Of a stretch of 64,000 nucleotides of DNA, positions 49,998 to 59,115 are shown in pieces. Each line of letters opens with the position of its first letter. Position 1 is the first letter of the stretch. Source of the DNA: a virus (Duplodnaviria; Heunggongvirae; Uroviricota; Caudoviricetes); IMG/VR virus record IMGVR_UViG_3300045988_141797; one strand, written 5' to 3'. Both the position numbers and the translations under genes were made by a program. The notes beneath the pieces are model-generated. The model was not told the origin of the DNA and did no database searches. It saw only the letters and a list, made by a program, of their open reading frames with translations.

Positions 49998-50420
49998 ATG
50001 AGTTCGTCTGCTTTTGTCACTGTTGTCACTGGAGTAAGCGTTTTTGTCCTAGGTCGACTCATCATCAAGGGGGTTGAGTCTTACATTTCATTCAAGGAAC
50101 AGTTGGGGGAAATATCGCATCTGTTATTGTCTAACCAAGCAAAGCTATCGAATCCCCGCTCTGACTTAAAACAAGAAATCATCCATGATTTGAAAGATGC
50201 GGCAGCACAGTTACGGGTGAAGTACGAACTATTACCTTTCTATATCAAAATGTTACCCATCGGTTTTCGCCTTGTTCCATCAGAAACTGAAATTCGTAAA
50301 GCGGCGCAAGAATTGAATCTGATAGCCTCGATACATGATGGTAAAACCGGAGAGCTGCCATATGAGCACATAGCCAAGATTGGATTACTGCTCAGAATTC
50401 CAACCACTTATTCTGCTTAA
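49998..50420 (+). CDS. membrane-anchored hypothetical protein
   Basis: N-terminal TM helix AFVTVVTGVSVFVLGRLII. Confidence 0.3.
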   Translation: MSSSAFVTVVTGVSVFVLGRLIIKGVESYISFKEQLGEISHLLLSNQAKLSNPRSDLKQEIIHDLKDAAAQLRVKYELLPFYIKMLPIGFRLVPSETEIRKAAQELNLIASIHDGKTGELPYEHIAKIGLLLRIPTTYSA

Positions 50421-50528
50421 TCCCAGCAATTGCAAGACTGCATCTCGAGGATTTAAGGCACCAAGAAGTGGTATTCAGCATCATTAAAACCTATAATTGC
50501 GTACACATAACGAGTACACGAGGTGTTT

Positions 50529-50750
50529 ATGCAATCCATTAACTTCCGTACCGCGCGTGGCAACCTTTCTGAAGTGCTCAACAATGTTGAAGCCGGGGAA
50601 GAGGTTGAAATCACCCGCAGAGGCCGTGAGCCAGCAGTAATTGTCAGCAAGGCTACTTTCGAAGCCTACAAAAAAGCGGCGCTGGATGCCGAATTTGCAT
50701 CCCTGTTTGACACTCTGGACTCCACCAACAAGGAACTGGTTAACCGATAA
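50529..50750 (+). CDS. phd: Phd antitoxin
   Basis: [39 protein letters not shown]... matches my memory of P1 Phd almost residue for residue. Confidence 0.85.
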   Translation: MQSINFRTARGNLSEVLNNVEAGEEVEITRRGREPAVIVSKATFEAYKKAALDAEFASLFDTLDSTNKELVNR

Positions 50751-51130
50751 TGAGGCATATATCACCGGAAGAACTTATTGCGCTTCATGATGCGAATATA
50801 AACCGCTACGGCGGCCTGCCTGGCATGTCAGATCCGGGCAGGGCAGAGGCCATTATCGGGAGAGTCCAGGCCAGAGTTGTGTACGAAGAGATTACCGACC
50901 TTTTCGAAGTCTCCGCCACCTACCTGGTGGCTACAGCGAGAGGGCATATATTCAATGATGCCAATAAGCGTACCGCGCTAAACAGTGCGCTGCTATTTCT
51001 ACGCCGTAACGGTATACAGGTATATGATTCTCCCGTGCTGGTGGAACTTGCGGTGGGGGCTGCAACTGGTGAAATCCCCGTATCTTCAGTAGCGGAAAAA
51101 CTACGTGAACTATATGGTTCCAATATTTGA
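50750..51130 (+). CDS. doc: Doc toxin (Fic-fold kinase)
   Basis: [17 protein letters not shown]...[15 protein letters not shown]; stop/start overlap with phd. Confidence 0.85.
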   Translation: MRHISPEELIALHDANINRYGGLPGMSDPGRAEAIIGRVQARVVYEEITDLFEVSATYLVATARGHIFNDANKRTALNSALLFLRRNGIQVYDSPVLVELAVGAATGEIPVSSVAEKLRELYGSNI

Positions 51131-51165
51131 AAAGAAGCCCGCTCAACCAAGCGGGCTTCCTGCTA

Positions 51166-52272
51166 TCACTCAATGATTTTTTCTGCTGTCAGCCAGCTAA
51201 TTTCTTGCCTGTCTTTCGGCGGTTTTAGCATGTGGGCGTATTCAGCGACATTCTCCCACGGAATTGTTTTTGCCCACTCAACGATAGCATTGTGATCTGC
51301 AGTGAAGAGTGGAATGGTGTGCGATTTCAACCACTCTAATGTTGTAACGCCATGTTTTTTGGCGTGGTGCTGTGCATGATGCCGGGCTATCACTAGTAAT
51401 GGCATTGTCCATTCACTACCATCAGGCATCGTAAAGCGCATTGTTTTCGGCATATCTGATTCAAGAACAGCCTCCCGAATACCAGGGAACTCACCAAGAA
51501 CCATACGACGGTAGTAATCGCCGTTTTTACCACCATGCGATTTTGCGAACTCATCGAAATAATCTTGAGTGAGAAGAGGTGATTCTTCTGCGTTCAGCTT
51601 AATAGCCGTATAAATACCACATGGATTTTCTTCAGTTTTTGCTCGATCATGATGGGAATCGTAAAAGTGTCCATGTTCCTCCTCTGGAGGAGCAGACGTC
51701 AAAAGTATACGTGAGTCGCCACTAACTAAAGATGCTCTTAACATCCCGAATAGCCGATAGCTTACCAGAGCCGCGTCCATAACAATGATCAGAAGATGTT
51801 CACCATAATACCCGGCTACATCTTCCTCATAATTTAGGCGATATGGTTTAATTTCGCAGCCCCAAGATTTTTGGTAACGATGATTGAGGCCATTTTGAAC
51901 GAGTTGAAAATACTCTCCCAGCAATGGCGCTTTTGTATTAGCTTTCTCCCAATACATGTTCATGAGTGAAAGAGTTACCATTGCATTACGCTCAAAGTCT
52001 GGAGCGACTATGACCGTTTTAGACTCAGGCATCAGGATCGTATAAAGGATACAAATGATAGCCAGAGCAGACTTATGCCCTATCCCATGCGGTGTGGTAA
52101 CGCTGACTGCTGAACCTTTTTGTTGAATCGCCTCAACAATTAGCTTTTGCTGGTGGGTTAACTTAACACCCATCAACTCTTCTGCTGCTAATGCCCAGTC
52201 ATGGCTATATTTGCTTACCAGCTCTCTCCACTCTGGTAATTCGGTGATGTTTTTAGGCGTCAGCATCAGCAT
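51166..52272 (-). CDS. degenerate paralog of the large terminase ATPase domain, no nuclease domain
   Basis: colinear with the N-terminal 300 aa of the 57607-59115 terminase; Walker A interrupted (TPHGIGHKSA vs SGHGTGKSS); Walker B acid lost (LLIIVMDAA vs LLLILDEAS); unrelated C-terminal 100 aa. Confidence 0.6.
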   Translation of the reverse strand: MLMLTPKNITELPEWRELVSKYSHDWALAAEELMGVKLTHQQKLIVEAIQQKGSAVSVTTPHGIGHKSALAIICILYTILMPESKTVIVAPDFERNAMVTLSLMNMYWEKANTKAPLLGEYFQLVQNGLNHRYQKSWGCEIKPYRLNYEEDVAGYYGEHLLIIVMDAALVSYRLFGMLRASLVSGDSRILLTSAPPEEEHGHFYDSHHDRAKTEENPCGIYTAIKLNAEESPLLTQDYFDEFAKSHGGKNGDYYRRMVLGEFPGIREAVLESDMPKTMRFTMPDGSEWTMPLLVIARHHAQHHAKKHGVTTLEWLKSHTIPLFTADHNAIVEWAKTIPWENVAEYAHMLKPPKDRQEISWLTAEKIIE

Positions 52273-53059
52273 CCTCCGCTACCTCTGCCTCCACATCTGC
52301 CGCGACTTCATCGGACTGTTCTTCTTTGGCCTGTTCTGCAATCGCCGCACGGCATTTCGCCCTGGCTGTAGCGATGGCCTCAACTTTCACGTCATTAGGA
52401 ATACTTGAGGTGACATACATATCCAGTTCTTCAGCACGGAATACTGTTTTGTCCAGGAATTCATCAAGCATCCAGGTTAAGGAAAAGTCGCAGGAAATCA
52501 GCTCTACTTCGCCTTCCGCGCCGTTTGGGAAATGGATAAACATCTGCTTGCCCAAGCCAAGCACGCGACAAGCAGCCATCATTACTGCAAGTTCCAGGTC
52601 TTTGTTTTCACCTGCTACTGGTTGATCCACACCAGTAATAGTGCCGTTCAAATGGATATTATATGGCTGATATTTAGAGATGCGTTCTACACGCCATGTG
52701 CCGGTTAAGGTTCCCTGGCGGAAGATTATTGGCGTGACCGAAAGCGACAGCTCTCGAATGAGTTGTTGTGCTATGGCTGGGTCATACAGGGGATCTAACG
52801 CGATGCATCCATAAGACTGCGCCAGTTCAAACAATTCTTCCTGTGTGCACTGAATGTCTCTTGCCGTAATAAAACGTCTGACTCCCGTTTTTCCGTCACG
52901 CCAGATAGCAATGCCATTCTCACTATCTAACTCTTCGTCTAAACCCAGGTATGTAAGGATGGTTCGCTCAATGGTGGCAAAGGGCAGGGACATATCATCG
53001 TTTACATCCACCAGCAGGCCGTTACGCAGGCGATATTGAATGTTTTTGGTATTTTCCAC
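52253..53059 (-). CDS. hypothetical protein with acidic C-terminal tail
   Basis: 268-aa ORF, overlaps downstream gene by 20 nt. Confidence 0.3.
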   Translation of the reverse strand: MENTKNIQYRLRNGLLVDVNDDMSLPFATIERTILTYLGLDEELDSENGIAIWRDGKTGVRRFITARDIQCTQEELFELAQSYGCIALDPLYDPAIAQQLIRELSLSVTPIIFRQGTLTGTWRVERISKYQPYNIHLNGTITGVDQPVAGENKDLELAVMMAACRVLGLGKQMFIHFPNGAEGEVELISCDFSLTWMLDEFLDKTVFRAEELDMYVTSSIPNDVKVEAIATARAKCRAAIAEQAKEEQSDEVAADVEAEVAEDADADA

Positions 53060-53065
53060 GTTAAA

Positions 53066-53716
53066 TCACTCCACAACAAACCAGTCACAGGCCAGTAAAT
53101 CATCCACAGACGGCAACCAAACGCTGTCCATATTTTGTGCATCTTTCAATACAAAATGGTCACCATAAGGAACGTGAATGCCGTGTAAATTGACGCTTCC
53201 AGCGAGAACTAACCAGCAGAATTGCTTTTCGCCTTTCCACTCGCGTCGGGCAACTTTCTTGCCTTCCTTCAACCACATTAGCGCATCAGAGAAGTCGGCT
53301 GCTTCAAGGTCGATTTCTTCTTGCTGGGTGGTGATGCCACCAGCAGAAATAGTTACGCTCCCAGTAAGATTAATCATCACGCCGTTGTCATCCGTAATGA
53401 TGACCGTGGTTCCATTTTTGGAGGCGTCGTTAACCAGGCCATAGCATTCCTCAAATGGTTTCTCCGGGGCATAGAACAGATAACCGTTTTCATAAACGAT
53501 CAGATACCCGCCAGTTTTTGGTCGGTGTTTTTGTAAAAACATTGCGTCAACACAAACTGTTGCCCCTTTTGGTTCAACGAGTTCGATGCAGCCCCAAAGT
53601 GGGGCATCAGTTACTCCGAAAATAACAACATTTTTGATTTTCGATGCACTAACGTTTTTGTGAGCTTTGTATTTGGGAAGGAACTTAAAAAGCTCTTTCG
53701 TGGGCATGTTATTCAT
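53066..53716 (-). CDS. two-domain protein with C-terminal DUF2829 (Tad2-like) domain
   Basis: C-terminal 75 aa DFSDALMWLKEGKKVARREWKG...VWLPSVDDLLACDWFVVE matches the DUF2829 pattern. Confidence 0.5.
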   Translation of the reverse strand: MNNMPTKELFKFLPKYKAHKNVSASKIKNVVIFGVTDAPLWGCIELVEPKGATVCVDAMFLQKHRPKTGGYLIVYENGYLFYAPEKPFEECYGLVNDASKNGTTVIITDDNGVMINLTGSVTISAGGITTQQEEIDLEAADFSDALMWLKEGKKVARREWKGEKQFCWLVLAGSVNLHGIHVPYGDHFVLKDAQNMDSVWLPSVDDLLACDWFVVE

Positions 53717-53730
53717 AGCCTTTCCTCTAC

Positions 53731-54225
53731 TTAAAACTTTGCGTACTGAAGCGGTGTACGCTTGATTTCAATGCGGTCTTCCGATGTGCTACCAAAGCCA
53801 CCAGCACCTCGCTCTGTTTCATCGAGTTCATCAACTTCTACCAGCGATACCGGTTCAACACGCTCAAAAATGCCTTGCATGACCGCCATTCCTGGCTTGA
53901 GGCAAACGCCTTCACCACCGGGATCTGTAATCAGTTTTGCTTTGATTTCACCGCGATAATCGGAGTCGATAATTCCTACGCAGTTAGCCAGGCGCGTATG
54001 CTTTTTGCAGCCCAATCCGGAACGAGGATAAAGTTTCAGACACCAGCCAGGAGGGATCGCCATAGCGAGGCCGGTATGCACCCACCAGCTTGAGGAAATA
54101 GCGCCGTTGCTATTGATACCTGGCGTTATTTCAACAGCAATAAAATCCATCGCCGCCGATCCGGCGGTGGCGTAAACGGGGAGTCTTGCCGCCGGATGAA
54201 GGCGTTTCACTTTCACGTTAATCAT
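53731..54225 (-). CDS. dut: dUTP diphosphatase
   Basis: dUTPase motifs AGSAAMDF, RSGLG, GIIDSDYRGE, ERGAGGFGSTS. Confidence 0.85.
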   Translation of the reverse strand: MINVKVKRLHPAARLPVYATAGSAAMDFIAVEITPGINSNGAISSSWWVHTGLAMAIPPGWCLKLYPRSGLGCKKHTRLANCVGIIDSDYRGEIKAKLITDPGGEGVCLKPGMAVMQGIFERVEPVSLVEVDELDETERGAGGFGSTSEDRIEIKRTPLQYAKF

Positions 54226-54710
54226 TGCTTTTTAGCTCTCCGGGTAAATGTATAAATCCGGCGTTTGATATGCGGAGCGGTCGGAACGGAGACGCAGGTA
54301 TTCTCGATAACACCTTGTTCCTCCAGCGATCGCACAGCACGCAAGAACTGTGATGCATCACCACCGCCAGACAGCCAGAATTTGCGGGCATAGACGCTGC
54401 CATTACGGATAATTTCTGCGATCACCCGCGCTTGCGTCTGGCTTTCTCGATAGCCAAAGAGTTCTCTTGCCTCTCCTTGTGGGATAGCCAACTGATAGCC
54501 TTTCCCGCTACGGTGACGGACAAAACCGTGAGCAATGAGGTTCTTCAGCTCATTTCGGGTGCGGATACACCCGTACTCAGGGAACTGTGTGTTGATATCA
54601 CCAGGCTTATGCCATTCATCAGGACTATCAGCCAGGAGGGACAGAAGTTTCCCTGACAGCTCAGGATTAGTGGTTGGATAGCAGTTCAGGGATGGGTAGT
54701 AAGTTTTCAT
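54222..54710 (-). CDS. hypothetical protein
   Basis: 162-aa ORF, overlap-coupled. Confidence 0.3.
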   Translation of the reverse strand: MKTYYPSLNCYPTTNPELSGKLLSLLADSPDEWHKPGDINTQFPEYGCIRTRNELKNLIAHGFVRHRSGKGYQLAIPQGEARELFGYRESQTQARVIAEIIRNGSVYARKFWLSGGGDASQFLRAVRSLEEQGVIENTCVSVPTAPHIKRRIYTFTRRAKKQ

Positions 54711-55051
54711 TTGCGCCCCCTTGCCGGATAGCGCCCGGCATTTGCATCAGGAGCAATGAAGCCGCTGGTGGGGCGAGTGAAAACATGGTTAATTTTCTCG
54801 GTCATAGCGCGATAATTTTCCTGATAGTGGGCCAGGAGTTTTTCAGCAGCAATGACGGTTACTTTCCGGACGTAGCGTTCAGCTTCCTCCAGATTTCGCC
54901 AGTTTTTTTCGAGGGTAAACACGGGAACGGCATCAAGTCCGGTCATAACACCGAACACCACGACCGCCTGGTCGCGCTTAACGCCCGCAGTGAAGGTTAT
55001 GGTGTAACCGTCAACAGTGAAGCGTTTTGATTCCGTAATACGATTGTGCAA
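54707..55051 (-). CDS. hypothetical protein, first gene of operator-controlled operon
   Basis: 114-aa ORF. Confidence 0.3.
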   Translation of the reverse strand: MHNRITESKRFTVDGYTITFTAGVKRDQAVVVFGVMTGLDAVPVFTLEKNWRNLEEAERYVRKVTVIAAEKLLAHYQENYRAMTEKINHVFTRPTSGFIAPDANAGRYPARGRK

Positions 55052-55105
55052 AGTACCCTCCGCAATAGGCGAGGGTACTTTACATTAAAATGCACTGTCT
55101 AAAAA

Positions 55106-55130
55106 GATTGTTAGAAAATTAATTTATGAA
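55106..55130. promoter_or_regulatory. operator site
   Basis: GATTGTTAGAAAATTAATTTATGAA upstream of the 55051 operon, overlapping the Cre-like gene 3' end. Confidence 0.5.
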
Positions 55131-56152
55131 TCCATCAGGCGACTATTTGCACCAACGGATGCCCCGCTACGGCGCAAATATCGCATAAGTGTTTCGGGCT
55201 TTTTCCATGTGCCTTCCTGCATGATCTCGACCATTGACACCTGTTTCTCAGCCATATCAATTGCCGCACCAACACGCGCACTATGGCCTGTCCACGTCCG
55301 GTATCTTCCCTTGTTCGGCGTGGCATCTCGTTTGTTCAGCAACCCCCAGGCATCGCTGAATATTTTCTCCATTGCAGGTGCAGTAAGGGGCGTTGTCGTG
55401 ATTCTGGCCTTATTACTGCGGTGTATTGGCGGGAATAGCACCGCGTCCGGATGTTCTCGAAGTCCGGACACCTCCAGCCAGTCGTTCAGTACGGCGGTAG
55501 TGTAACGAGAAAGCACCTTATCAAGTCCGGCGGCGGTCGTGATGGTCTTCGTGTGTGAAATATGCAGCGTTACAGTGTCACCTGTTTGGTCCAGATCTCC
55601 GACGCGGATGCGCGAGATTTCTGACATACGCATCAGGGTATTGTATGCCACGAAGAGAAACGCCCGATTGCGCAGGTCCACCAGCCGCTCGGAACGGGAC
55701 AGCAACACGTCGAGCAATTTCAGATCATCCCACCGCAACGGTATAGCCTGGCCTGTTCGCTCGCCTTTTTCCGTTGCCGCTTCGCGCCGGATGCGCCGCA
55801 TGGCCAGAGACACACTTTTATCGTCCGACAGCGGCGGGAGGCCACATTGCGAAAGCAGCATGTTAAGCATGGCATAGTGCTTATCAATGGTGGTCGAAGC
55901 CAGATCGGCCTCATGCAACTGGAGAAGATACTCGCGGGCCATTTCCGGCGTAATCGGGAACCAGGGGCGCTGGCGCGAGTTACACCACCGCGCCCAGGAA
56001 TGAAACACCAGACGGAGATCACGAAGTGTATTTGGGGCATAAGCTCCCTGGTCGTTCATGAACTGCATAAAGTTTTTTGCAGCTTCCTGGTATTCGGTGC
56101 CAATATCGCGCAGAAAACCACCAGAACCGCCGGAGATAACTAGTTCACCCAT
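55124..56152 (-). CDS. Cre-like tyrosine site-specific recombinase
   Basis: colinear with P1 Cre from memory (WTGHSARVGAA, RIRVGDL, MRRIRRE, conserved C-terminal Tyr) but clearly diverged. Confidence 0.8.
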   Translation of the reverse strand: MGELVISGGSGGFLRDIGTEYQEAAKNFMQFMNDQGAYAPNTLRDLRLVFHSWARWCNSRQRPWFPITPEMAREYLLQLHEADLASTTIDKHYAMLNMLLSQCGLPPLSDDKSVSLAMRRIRREAATEKGERTGQAIPLRWDDLKLLDVLLSRSERLVDLRNRAFLFVAYNTLMRMSEISRIRVGDLDQTGDTVTLHISHTKTITTAAGLDKVLSRYTTAVLNDWLEVSGLREHPDAVLFPPIHRSNKARITTTPLTAPAMEKIFSDAWGLLNKRDATPNKGRYRTWTGHSARVGAAIDMAEKQVSMVEIMQEGTWKKPETLMRYLRRSGASVGANSRLMDS

Positions 56153-56303
56153 GAAACTATTAAACCTCTATATACAGATAACGCTACGTGAAAAATAGAA
56201 AACTGACAGGGTAGTTATAAGTTAATTTTCAAAATTCAAGCCTTTGATTCGAGGCATGATTTTTCATCCTTGTCAATACTGCCTGTTTACTGGAGATTAT
56301 AGC

Positions 56304-56337
56304 CTAACTTTAAATAATGCCAATTATTTAAAGTTAG
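56304..56337. other. lox-like recombination site (13-bp inverted arms, 8-bp asymmetric spacer)
   Basis: CTAACTTTAAATA-ATGCCAAT-TATTTAAAGTTAG, perfect arms, about 150 bp upstream of the Cre-like start; arms share TAACTT...ATA with loxP. Confidence 0.65.
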
Positions 56338-56416
56338 AAATCGGGACTTTTTCCCAAAAAAACACCGACCAGATCACTTCGCAAATCCGTCAGCCATGCG
56401 GTAGCCGCTCCTGGTT

Positions 56417-56521
56417 ACATTTTCTAATAGGAACAATCAAAAAAAAGCGGTTTTATCCTTTACTCACCTTGTTATTCGGCATAAATTTGTCACAGGACTT
56501 TTATGTTAGAAAACTAAATCG
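56417..56521. promoter_or_regulatory. pair of inverted operator half-sites upstream of the 56532 ORF
   Basis: ACATTTTCTAATAG at 56417-56430 and TGTTAGAAAACT at about 56505-56516. Confidence 0.45.
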
Positions 56522-56531
56522 AGTAGGAATA

Positions 56532-57569
56532 ATGAGTAAGAAGTCGATCGAGAATGAGTACAAACGGTTCCTGCAAACCGCTGAACGGTGGAAAGAGCTG
56601 GTGGTCGCAAACTCTGTTTTCCATGATACCAGTTATGTTGGCGAGGAATTTCGCCATGTTGCATTAACACATGATCCGGCTGTATTAGAAGAAGCTGAAA
56701 AATGCATAGCCGAATGGAAAGCCTTTGTTGATCTGTGTCGCAAGGATGATGACAAAGCCTCAAACATTGTTGAGTCGGTTTATTTACCGATCCCATTCAT
56801 TGTTGAGGATACTAATCAGAGTACGCATATCGTTATGCAAAGCGCAACCACAACGAGAACATTTACGCGCGAAGACCTGTTGAAAAAATACGATAAAACT
56901 ATAAAGAAAAGCATGAAAAACAGGATATTTTCACAGGTTGTCGGTGCGCTTGAAGAAGAACGCAGATTCTTCGCCGCTGAACGTGAGGGCGAGGTATACC
57001 GCGCAAGAAAAGAAGGTTATACCGATGTGGTGATTACCACCAATATTGAGGGCAACAATGGACTTTCACGCTTCAGAGTGGGTACGCACGGTGCGCTGAT
57101 CTTTGCAAAAAAAGCAAACACAGAGATTCCCGTTGTTAACAACGTTGGTGAGCGCCGCACCCTTACCATTTACACTGGCATTAAACCGCTTCCGTGCGGA
57201 CTTCTCGGCGAATTTGACCTTTATCGGGTTCGTGATCTGGAAAAGCAGCAGCCAAGCTACGTCGTGAAGTCATATATCCTGAGAAACATTGATATCCGCA
57301 ATCAGAGTTTAAAAAACAAATCAGATAAAATGCTGGCCGAAGCCGATCCAGCCATACACCAGATCGTTAGCCGGAAAATTCAAGAGGCTAAAGATGCAAT
57401 GGCAAGGCTGGATAAAATGGACCTGGAACTACTGGAAGTTATGATTGCCTCCGGCGATGACCTGACAGGCATCCGCCTTACTGAAGCCAGGAAAAAATAC
57501 GGTAAAAGCGTTGAAGAACGCTATGGGTACACATTCACACAAACGATGTACGCGGCAAAACTCTGGTAA
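56532..57569 (+). CDS. hypothetical protein, candidate master repressor by position
   Basis: 345 aa from ATG 56532; sits between lox/cre and terminase genes and is preceded by operator half-sites; ORF-track start 56244 rejected. Confidence 0.3.
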   Translation: MSKKSIENEYKRFLQTAERWKELVVANSVFHDTSYVGEEFRHVALTHDPAVLEEAEKCIAEWKAFVDLCRKDDDKASNIVESVYLPIPFIVEDTNQSTHIVMQSATTTRTFTREDLLKKYDKTIKKSMKNRIFSQVVGALEEERRFFAAEREGEVYRARKEGYTDVVITTNIEGNNGLSRFRVGTHGALIFAKKANTEIPVVNNVGERRTLTIYTGIKPLPCGLLGEFDLYRVRDLEKQQPSYVVKSYILRNIDIRNQSLKNKSDKMLAEADPAIHQIVSRKIQEAKDAMARLDKMDLELLEVMIASGDDLTGIRLTEARKKYGKSVEERYGYTFTQTMYAAKLW

Positions 57570-57606
57570 TCGCAAGCCACCCACAAGCCCCGAATCGCCG
57601 GGGCTT

Positions 57607-59115
57607 TTAAATGTCAATATCAGGAATATCCACTTCTGCCAACACCTGATCGCGGAATGTTGCGAGTTCTGCGCCAATGTCTTCATTAGCAGGCACGTAA
57701 TCCACCAGCATAGTGAAGCAGTAGGTATCCCATCTGTCCGGTGACTTGATGTTTAACTTCTGCCGCATGTGCTCCTTGCGCATCATCGCTACCTTCCCTT
57801 CTTCGTTAAGCATATACGGGATTTTTGATGCCTGATCTGCGGTTTTGGGGTCACTATCGATACGCATACGCCCGGATTTAATGGCATCCCCTGCCATAAT
57901 ATTGGCGTAAGCACGCTGATTGACAAAGCGTTCTCTGTCTCTCAGCGCAAACATAGGCTTACCCCAACGGATGCGAACGGGATTAGCACCACGGCGGACA
58001 AGCTGCGCACACGTATCTGAACCAAAGCCATCAGCATCCACAGCAATGGTGATGTTCGGGTATTTATCAGGAGTGCATTCGTTATAGATAAAGTCGGCAA
58101 AAGCCAACGGGTCCATAGTGCCTGGCATCTCCAGTATCTTAAAGTTTACAACGCGTCGTTTCTCACGATAACCGGATACTTTGCATATATTGAGCACCGA
58201 TTTGTCGCGACCATTACCGACGTCAGCGGTCGCTACCCAGCCCCAATCTTTCTCCAGCAACACTTTACGCCGTGCGGCGCGGTCGCACTCATCACGACCA
58301 AGCAAATACCCGTTAATTGCACGCGGGAACTGGCCCAGCACCTTAACCATGTACTCCAGCGAATCCCTGCCGCCGTACTCCAGCAATTTCTCACGAATAA
58401 AGCTCGGTTCAACGAATGGTGATTCTTCAGAGTTAAGGACTATTGCCGTCCAGACACCTTCCGGATTGCCTTCTGCCTTTGCCCTTGAATGGTGAGATTC
58501 ATAAAAGTAACCGCTTGGACGCGTAGGCTGGGAAAGCATGAGCATACGGTTATCTTTCTGCGTTAACGCCCCCGTCATGACGTTAATCGCCTTATCGGAT
58601 ATGCCCGATGCTTCATCAAGGATTAGCAGTAAATGCTCAGCGTGCTCCCCCGCCAGTGCCTCTTCGTTACCGAGTCGATAACCTTTACAGAGCACTTCCC
58701 ATATCCCTTTACGGGAACGCTCATAAAACATGGTGTCAGACAGGACAAAATAGGTCTGTAACCAGCCGTGACGCTTAACAGCATTCGCCCAAAACTGTTT
58801 CACGTATTTGAATACGCCTGTTTTTACCTGGCCTATTTTGTTCGCAACAATAATGACGCGGGCGTCGGGGAACAGGATCATGAAAATTAGTAGCAACATC
58901 GCGGTAAGGGACGACTTACCCGTTCCGTGTCCGGACGTAACGGTCGTCCTGCTCCCCGTCTCCTGCACTGACTGAATGATCTGCTGCTGCTGGTGGGAGG
59001 GGAACATCCCAAAAATATCGACAACCGCCTGGGTAAAGTTGTATCGATACCTGATAACCATATCGCGCCAACGTGGATCACTGGTGACGCACTTAATCTT
59101 ACGACCACCAGCCAT
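57607..59115 (-). CDS. terminase large subunit (PacB-like)
   Basis: Walker A SGHGTGKSS, Walker B LLLILDEAS, C-terminal nuclease-type acidic residues; 502 aa. Confidence 0.8.
   Translation of the reverse strand: MAGGRKIKCVTSDPRWRDMVIRYRYNFTQAVVDIFGMFPSHQQQQIIQSVQETGSRTTVTSGHGTGKSSLTAMLLLIFMILFPDARVIIVANKIGQVKTGVFKYVKQFWANAVKRHGWLQTYFVLSDTMFYERSRKGIWEVLCKGYRLGNEEALAGEHAEHLLLILDEASGISDKAINVMTGALTQKDNRMLMLSQPTRPSGYFYESHHSRAKAEGNPEGVWTAIVLNSEESPFVEPSFIREKLLEYGGRDSLEYMVKVLGQFPRAINGYLLGRDECDRAARRKVLLEKDWGWVATADVGNGRDKSVLNICKVSGYREKRRVVNFKILEMPGTMDPLAFADFIYNECTPDKYPNITIAVDADGFGSDTCAQLVRRGANPVRIRWGKPMFALRDRERFVNQRAYANIMAGDAIKSGRMRIDSDPKTADQASKIPYMLNEEGKVAMMRKEHMRQKLNIKSPDRWDTYCFTMLVDYVPANEDIGAELATFRDQVLAEVDIPDIDI

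Noticed and set aside
56244-56531. N-terminal 96-aa extension of the 56532-57569 ORF in the ORF track
   Set aside because: The extension runs through the lox-like palindrome and operator half-sites and lacks an RBS; ATG 56532 has an RBS and clean spacing.
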